50,341 bases of DNA from a virus. Lineage: Duplodnaviria; Caudoviricetes. Position numbers and translations under genes: made by a program. Each line of letters starts with the position of its first letter. The first letter of the stretch is position 1. The notes under the pieces were generated by a model, which was given only the letters and a program-made list of their open reading frames with translations, was not told the origin of the DNA and did no database searches. The stretch lies in IMG/VR virus record IMGVR_UViG_3300030419_000543, positions 1 through 50,341 of that record; one strand, 5' to 3'. Positions 45,656 to 50,341 of the stretch are shown piece after piece.

Positions 45656-46606
45656 ATGGCCTTTACTACTGCTGCAGGTTATGGGAATCTACCGTCTGGT
45701 AATTTCGTACCTGTTATCTACTCCCAAAAAGTCCTCAAATTCTTTCGGCGTGCTTCGGTAGCTGAAGCGATTACGAATACCGACTACGCTGGAGAAATTG
45801 AGAACTTCGGGGATACTGTAAATATCATCAAAGAACCTACCATTACGGTTAATGCCTACCAACGTGGCAGCACCGTAAATACTGAAGCTCTGGCAGATGA
45901 CCAGATTCAGTTGGTGGTTGACCAAGGCAACTACTTCGCCTTTAAGGTCGATGATATTGAAGAGCGTCATAGTCACCTTAACTTCGAAGCACTTGCTACC
46001 TCTTCGGGCGCATATACTTTGAAGAAAGCGTATGACTATAACGTTCTAAAGAATATTGCTGATAACGCAGCAACTCCTTCAGGAACGCTAGCTACGCAAG
46101 CTACTTCTGCCAATACTGGTGACGAAGTTGCCAACTTGGTAGCACAAGCTGCAGCGGAACTAGATAAGAACGATGTTCCTGAAGAGAATCGCTGGCTAGT
46201 AGCGGCTCCCGGCTTCTACGAAGTATTGCGTCAAGCATCTTCGAAAGTCATGGACATGTCCGTTACTGGTGGTAGTGCTTCACCCTTGTTAAACGGTAAA
46301 GTTACGGAGCAGAAACTTCACGGTTTCGATCTGTATCAATCGAATGCAATCGGTGTTGGTACTACTGGTTCTGCAGCAACTTATGTCTTTAACGACTCCG
46401 CAACCTCTGGACACACTTTGATCCTCTTCGGTCATATGTCGGCTGTAGTAACGGCTTCGCATATTGCTAAGACGGAAGTCATTCGTGACCCGAATAGCTT
46501 TGCTGATATTGTACGTGGTCTTCACGTATTCGGACGTAAAGTTCTTCGTGGATCAGGAACTGGCTATAAAGGTGTATTCAAAGGGTTGATGGACCTAGAT
46601 AGTTAA
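45656..46606 (+). CDS. Major capsid protein
   Basis: NF.P.IYSQKVL.FFR, ITNTDYAGEI..GDTV.IIKEP, YFAFKVDDIE, VPEENRW.V, FADIVRGLHVFGRKVLR. Confidence 0.93.
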   Translation: MAFTTAAGYGNLPSGNFVPVIYSQKVLKFFRRASVAEAITNTDYAGEIENFGDTVNIIKEPTITVNAYQRGSTVNTEALADDQIQLVVDQGNYFAFKVDDIEERHSHLNFEALATSSGAYTLKKAYDYNVLKNIADNAATPSGTLATQATSANTGDEVANLVAQAAAELDKNDVPEENRWLVAAPGFYEVLRQASSKVMDMSVTGGSASPLLNGKVTEQKLHGFDLYQSNAIGVGTTGSAATYVFNDSATSGHTLILFGHMSAVVTASHIAKTEVIRDPNSFADIVRGLHVFGRKVLRGSGTGYKGVFKGLMDLDS

Positions 46607-46620
46607 GGGAGGACTGATAA

Positions 46621-47097
46621 ATGGCTACTTATAATCGTACTGTTACGGGCGGTGGCACAGTTGGACATCCTTCCAATGCTGCTGTACCCTATGTCGTCAC
46701 TTCTCCCGTATGGGATACTGCTGACGGCGGTACTGGTGATGATGTCATTCAATTGATTGATGTCCCTGCCGATACGATGATTGTCGCTGGTTGTCTAGAA
46801 GTTCTAGAAGCTCGTGGTAATGGTCAGATTACTTTGGATATTGGTTGGACAGGTGGTGATGTGGACTGTTTTGTTGACGGTTCCGCTTGTGCTGCTGGTT
46901 TCACTCCATTCCTAGAAGCTGCCGTAGGTGCAACCAACGCTAATGCGCGTATGGTTACAACCGCTGACACTATTGATGCTCTCATCCTTGATGCTGGCTC
47001 CACTGGTGAAAGCGCACTACGTTTCCGTATTCATGTTGTGTTGGCTGATGTTTCAGTCAATCCAGTTGAATCGGCTACGGTGTCTACTGGCACGTAA
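46621..47097 (+). CDS. Putative capsid decoration/minor capsid protein
   Basis: Strong GGAGG RBS directly after the major capsid gene; beta-rich, with D.IQ...VPA.T and ADTID. Confidence 0.65.
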   Translation: MATYNRTVTGGGTVGHPSNAAVPYVVTSPVWDTADGGTGDDVIQLIDVPADTMIVAGCLEVLEARGNGQITLDIGWTGGDVDCFVDGSACAAGFTPFLEAAVGATNANARMVTTADTIDALILDAGSTGESALRFRIHVVLADVSVNPVESATVSTGT

Positions 47098-47114
47098 TCT
47101 ATCTCTACAGTTTC

Positions 47115-47143
47115 GTGGGGTATCTGTAAAAACCCCACATTTT
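47115..47143 (+). terminator. Intrinsic terminator after the capsid genes
   Basis: GTGGGGT...ACCCCAC followed by ATTTT. Confidence 0.65.
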
Positions 47144-47190
47144 ATCTCCCTAATGTTTTTTGATATTGATTTGAAAAGGAGAAACATCAT

Positions 47191-47823
47191 ATGCGTTTCT
47201 TTAAACTATTGAGTGATGATGACATCAAGAGATGTCTAAAGAGCGTAAAAGCTCATAACTTCAAGGATGGTAAACAGACACAACCATCGAATGAAATGAA
47301 GAGTAATAAAGAGTCTATCAACATACCTGATGATATACGTAAACTAATAACAGATAGATTCTATGACACCCACTACGTAGATAGTGTATATTGTCCGACT
47401 AGAGTATCAGTTAACTTCTATAATAAATACGAGAAGGATGATTACTATAATATTCACGTAGACGAATTTAAAGCTAGACCTAAATCTAACAACGTGTTCT
47501 TCGACTATGGATTTAGTGTTAATTTGGACGATAGTTACGAAGGTGGAGAGTTTTTATTACATACTCCTATCGGTCCGATAGCAAGGAAGTTACAAGCTGG
47601 TGAGGCTGCAGTATTCCCTATAATCTATCCTCACGGTGTAGCTAAGATAACGGAAGGCATAAGGAAGAACATAATAGGATGGCTCTCCTCTAACATTTCA
47701 TACGAGCAATCTTATATATTACATAACCTTTTTGAAGTCGGTCAGTCGATATCCTCTGATAGCAATATGTTCACTAAGGTCAATCTAATCCAGAATTACC
47801 TGAAGAAAGAATGGAGTAAATAA
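47191..47823 (+). CDS. 2OG-Fe(II) oxygenase (PKHD/PiuC-YbiX-like)
   Basis: F.DGK.T, NKY....Y..HVD, YEGGE, HGV..IT.G.R....GW and C-terminal NL....W. Confidence 0.88.
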   Translation: MRFFKLLSDDDIKRCLKSVKAHNFKDGKQTQPSNEMKSNKESINIPDDIRKLITDRFYDTHYVDSVYCPTRVSVNFYNKYEKDDYYNIHVDEFKARPKSNNVFFDYGFSVNLDDSYEGGEFLLHTPIGPIARKLQAGEAAVFPIIYPHGVAKITEGIRKNIIGWLSSNISYEQSYILHNLFEVGQSISSDSNMFTKVNLIQNYLKKEWSK

Positions 47824-47826
47824 AAG

Positions 47827-48318
47827 ATGGCTACCCTCAGTTTAACTACCCACTTCACAGTGGACATTGATGACGATGACTCCCACACTATCACGGGTGG
47901 AAGTACTACGGCGACAGACTCTATAACGATTACACATTACTTCGATAAGCGGTACAGTATTACAAACAGTACACTTACTGAAATATGGAATGATACGATG
48001 CTAGGTGATTTTGATTTCCTATGGGTAGAAGCTGATCAGACTGTAGAGTTACAACTCGTCTGTAATGAAGATGGCGCACTAGCAGACAGTGAAATTCAGA
48101 ATGGTTTCTGTGTTAAATTAATCGCTGGCGTACCTTTCATCTTGGGTAGTGATGATAGCCGCCATATGGGTGATATGGCAGGTACGTTCAATGAGAGTAA
48201 CCACGGTAATGAAATAGATCAGTGGGAAACACATTGGGGTGCAGACGTAATAGACCGTATAGAATGTTACAACTCATCTGGCAGCACGGCTAATGTACGT
48301 GTCTTTGCTGCTACGTAA
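47827..48318 (+). CDS. Hypothetical acidic structural-module protein
   Basis: 163-aa beta-rich ORF. Confidence 0.6.
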   Translation: MATLSLTTHFTVDIDDDDSHTITGGSTTATDSITITHYFDKRYSITNSTLTEIWNDTMLGDFDFLWVEADQTVELQLVCNEDGALADSEIQNGFCVKLIAGVPFILGSDDSRHMGDMAGTFNESNHGNEIDQWETHWGADVIDRIECYNSSGSTANVRVFAAT

Positions 48319-48338
48319 TTGAAAAAAGGAGAATAGAA

Positions 48339-49127
48339 ATGTCTAAAGAAGATGATCTACGGAAAAGATTATTAGAATATATTGAAACACAGAAACCGGG
48401 GTATGCTGAAAAGAAACGTGCTGCTAGAGAAGAAGCTCGTAGGAAAAAACCTGCTAAAAGGAAAAAGAAAACACCTTCACAACCAGAACCTATAGATAAG
48501 GCTAAAGATGCTCGTGCAAATATCAGAGAAGAAGCTCGTAGGAAAAAACCTGCTAAGAAAAAACCTCAAGTTGATACGTTTAAAGTTGCAGGTGAAAAGG
48601 TAAAAGCTAAAAAAGCTTCCAAGAAAGTAGATGCTTTTGAATCTATTCCTACACCTGATGTTGAAGATTTTAAAGGACCATCTACTCATAAGGTTAAGAA
48701 GGGTGACACACTCTCAGCAATTGCTAAAAGAATGGGTACAACCATAAAAGCGTTAATGGCTGCTAATCCTTCTATTAAAAATGCTAATATGATACGTATC
48801 GGGCAAACTATAAAAGGTCCGATTGGTTCTGCAGCTAGTCCATATAAAGGGATGAAAAAAGGTGAATTAGCTAAAAGTAAGAAAAAAGCAGAACAAGATA
48901 AAAGGGCAAGATTAGAGAAACGTTTAAGTAACACAATTGTAGTTGATCCTAATTATAGCCCCTTTCAAAGCGGCGGCATGATAGGCCAATCCGACATGTC
49001 AGCCAAGAAAGTCGCTGCACCTAAGAAGAATAAGAAAAAGATTCCACAGTACTACAAGGGTGGTGGGATGATTAAGGCTGGTAAGAAGTATGCTTATGGT
49101 GGTCGAGTAGCGAAGTACAAGGAGTGA
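48339..49127 (+). CDS. Basic LysM-domain protein with three C-terminal xxGG motifs
   Basis: HKVKKGDTLSAIAKRMGTTIKALMAANPSIKNANMIRIGQTI; FQSGGMI, YKGGGMI, YAYGGRV. Confidence 0.85.
   Translation: MSKEDDLRKRLLEYIETQKPGYAEKKRAAREEARRKKPAKRKKKTPSQPEPIDKAKDARANIREEARRKKPAKKKPQVDTFKVAGEKVKAKKASKKVDAFESIPTPDVEDFKGPSTHKVKKGDTLSAIAKRMGTTIKALMAANPSIKNANMIRIGQTIKGPIGSAASPYKGMKKGELAKSKKKAEQDKRARLEKRLSNTIVVDPNYSPFQSGGMIGQSDMSAKKVAAPKKNKKKIPQYYKGGGMIKAGKKYAYGGRVAKYKE
48426..48556 (+). repeat. 32-bp intragenic direct repeat (REEARRKKPAK x2)
   Basis: AGAGAAGAAGCTCGTAGGAAAAAACCTGCTAA at 48426 and 48525. Confidence 0.9.
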
Positions 49128-49135
49128 GCTTTTAG

Positions 49136-50272
49136 ATGCGACCAGTATATCGTCCCGGAATGTCTGCTGCGGAAAAGAAGTATGTAACAGATAGAACTAA
49201 TAGAGCTTGGAGAAATTTAAATAGTCCTCGTCACCACTGGAATGACCCTGTTGTAAAAGCAGTAGGAGAAAGACTTCGTAATACACTTGGAAATGAAATT
49301 AAAGAAGATACTGAGAGGAGAGGACGTATACAATCTTTTCAAAGACAATTTTCGAATGATTGGGTATCTAAATCTCCTTTAAAGGATTTATATGAAAAAA
49401 AGAAACGTCAACGATTAACACCTACAGAACTATCAAAATTACGCCAAGATCAATTTACTCTTAATGCGCGAATGAATACTGCAATAAGAAAAAATTTTAA
49501 AGATGATTTAAAAGCAATGGATGCTTTTCAAAACCGTAGGAATAAATATCAAAGAGCTATAGAAGATGATCTAATATCTAAAGGTACTCTTTGGCTAGGA
49601 AAAGATGCTAAAGGCTTTCGTCAGGGTGTAGGTACGCAACATTTTGCTAATATTATACAACAACAAAGGAAACGACATGAAGACACTGTAAATCGTCGGA
49701 AACGTGAGTACAACGAATGGGCTAAATGGGCTAAACAACATGATCCAAAAACGTACAAGCGAATCAGTGCAAAGGAAAAAGAAGGAGGGTATTTCTCTAC
49801 TTTAGACCGACCTTCATCATCTCGCTTTCAAAATCTAAGAGATTATTATAAAGCATTAGAAGATTCTAGACAAAAACACTATAGATGGAAATGGGGAAAA
49901 ACTGGTTCTACTTGGGATGATCCTCGTCCTAAACAGCCTGAAGGTATGAAAAGGCTACGTGAACTGGTAATACGAGGTGGTGTACCTAGTATATCCCCTA
50001 AAGCTGCTGTACAAAAACAATTTGATGATGCAGCTAGAAAGAATGCAGAAAAGCAACTTAAAGCTCAAACAGATAAACAGCTTAAATCATATTATAATCA
50101 ACTAAGCACACCCGCTCCACGTAAAAAACCAAGATACAACCAAGCTGCCTACCTCGCAGGACTTCAAAGCGCACCTATGATGACAATGGGACAGAAGATG
50201 AATCAAGGTATAGCTAAACCCTACGCTAACGGTGGCGGCGTACGTAAACCTAAATATAATAAGAAGGGTTAA
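49136..50272 (+). CDS. Basic protein with C-terminal YANGGGV motif
   Basis: 378 aa, Arg/Lys-rich; ends KPYANGGGVRKPKYNKKG. Confidence 0.7.
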   Translation: MRPVYRPGMSAAEKKYVTDRTNRAWRNLNSPRHHWNDPVVKAVGERLRNTLGNEIKEDTERRGRIQSFQRQFSNDWVSKSPLKDLYEKKKRQRLTPTELSKLRQDQFTLNARMNTAIRKNFKDDLKAMDAFQNRRNKYQRAIEDDLISKGTLWLGKDAKGFRQGVGTQHFANIIQQQRKRHEDTVNRRKREYNEWAKWAKQHDPKTYKRISAKEKEGGYFSTLDRPSSSRFQNLRDYYKALEDSRQKHYRWKWGKTGSTWDDPRPKQPEGMKRLRELVIRGGVPSISPKAAVQKQFDDAARKNAEKQLKAQTDKQLKSYYNQLSTPAPRKKPRYNQAAYLAGLQSAPMMTMGQKMNQGIAKPYANGGGVRKPKYNKKG

Positions 50273-50277
50273 TTAGA

Positions 50278-50341
50278 ATGGCGAACTATCTCCAACTAAC
50301 TAACAGAGTACTCAACGAACTTAACGAAGTAGAGCTAACGT
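50278..50341 (+). CDS. Putative head-tail adaptor/tail tubular protein (3'-truncated)
   Basis: MANYLQLTNRVLNELNEVELT matches the YL.L.N.VL..LNEV.L start of podovirus adaptor proteins. Confidence 0.6.
   Translation, partial: MANYLQLTNRVLNELNEVELT

Noticed and set aside
1-50341. tRNA genes, reverse transcriptase/DGR, RNA polymerase, alternative genetic code
   Set aside because: No cloverleaf, RT or RNAP motifs were seen by eye, and genes read through intact in code 11; tRNAscan-SE would be needed to exclude tRNAs firmly.

Overview
This window is about 50 kb of a dsDNA tailed phage, probably a marine podovirus of an alphaproteobacterial host (inferred from gene content). It is cut inside the tail region at both ends. 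Layout: (1) + strand tail/lectin gene, small membrane genes, large putative internal-virion (ejection) proteins and a holin (1-14466). (2) - strand T7-like replication module with no RNA polymerase: class II RNR, DUF3310-like protein, endonuclease I, primase-helicase, PD-(D/E)XK exonuclease, SSB, family A DNA polymerase and SleB-like hydrolase (14455-23886). (3) + strand block of small early/accessory genes with sigma70 promoters, 12-bp repeat arrays and long hairpins (23963-32057). (4) A mostly non-coding control region with back-to-back consensus sigma70 promoters (32060-33100). (5) + strand packaging/head module: TerS, TerL, portal, lysozyme, scaffold, major capsid and 2OG-Fe(II) oxygenase (33109-50341). 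Most notable: five unrelated head-module proteins share a short [YFM]-x-x-GG-x-[VI] motif (near the C-terminus in four of them), and one carries two copies of a 'DDVP..[GN]-[DE]YV' half-domain, which suggests a tag/receptor cargo-sorting system. Also notable are a 792-aa tyrosine-recombinase-domain protein between TerL and portal, strand-polarised ACTATTTTGTCA/TTGTCAA repeats, an ArfA-like peptide and several candidate structured RNAs. All family assignments come from motif recognition by eye; no database searches were run.
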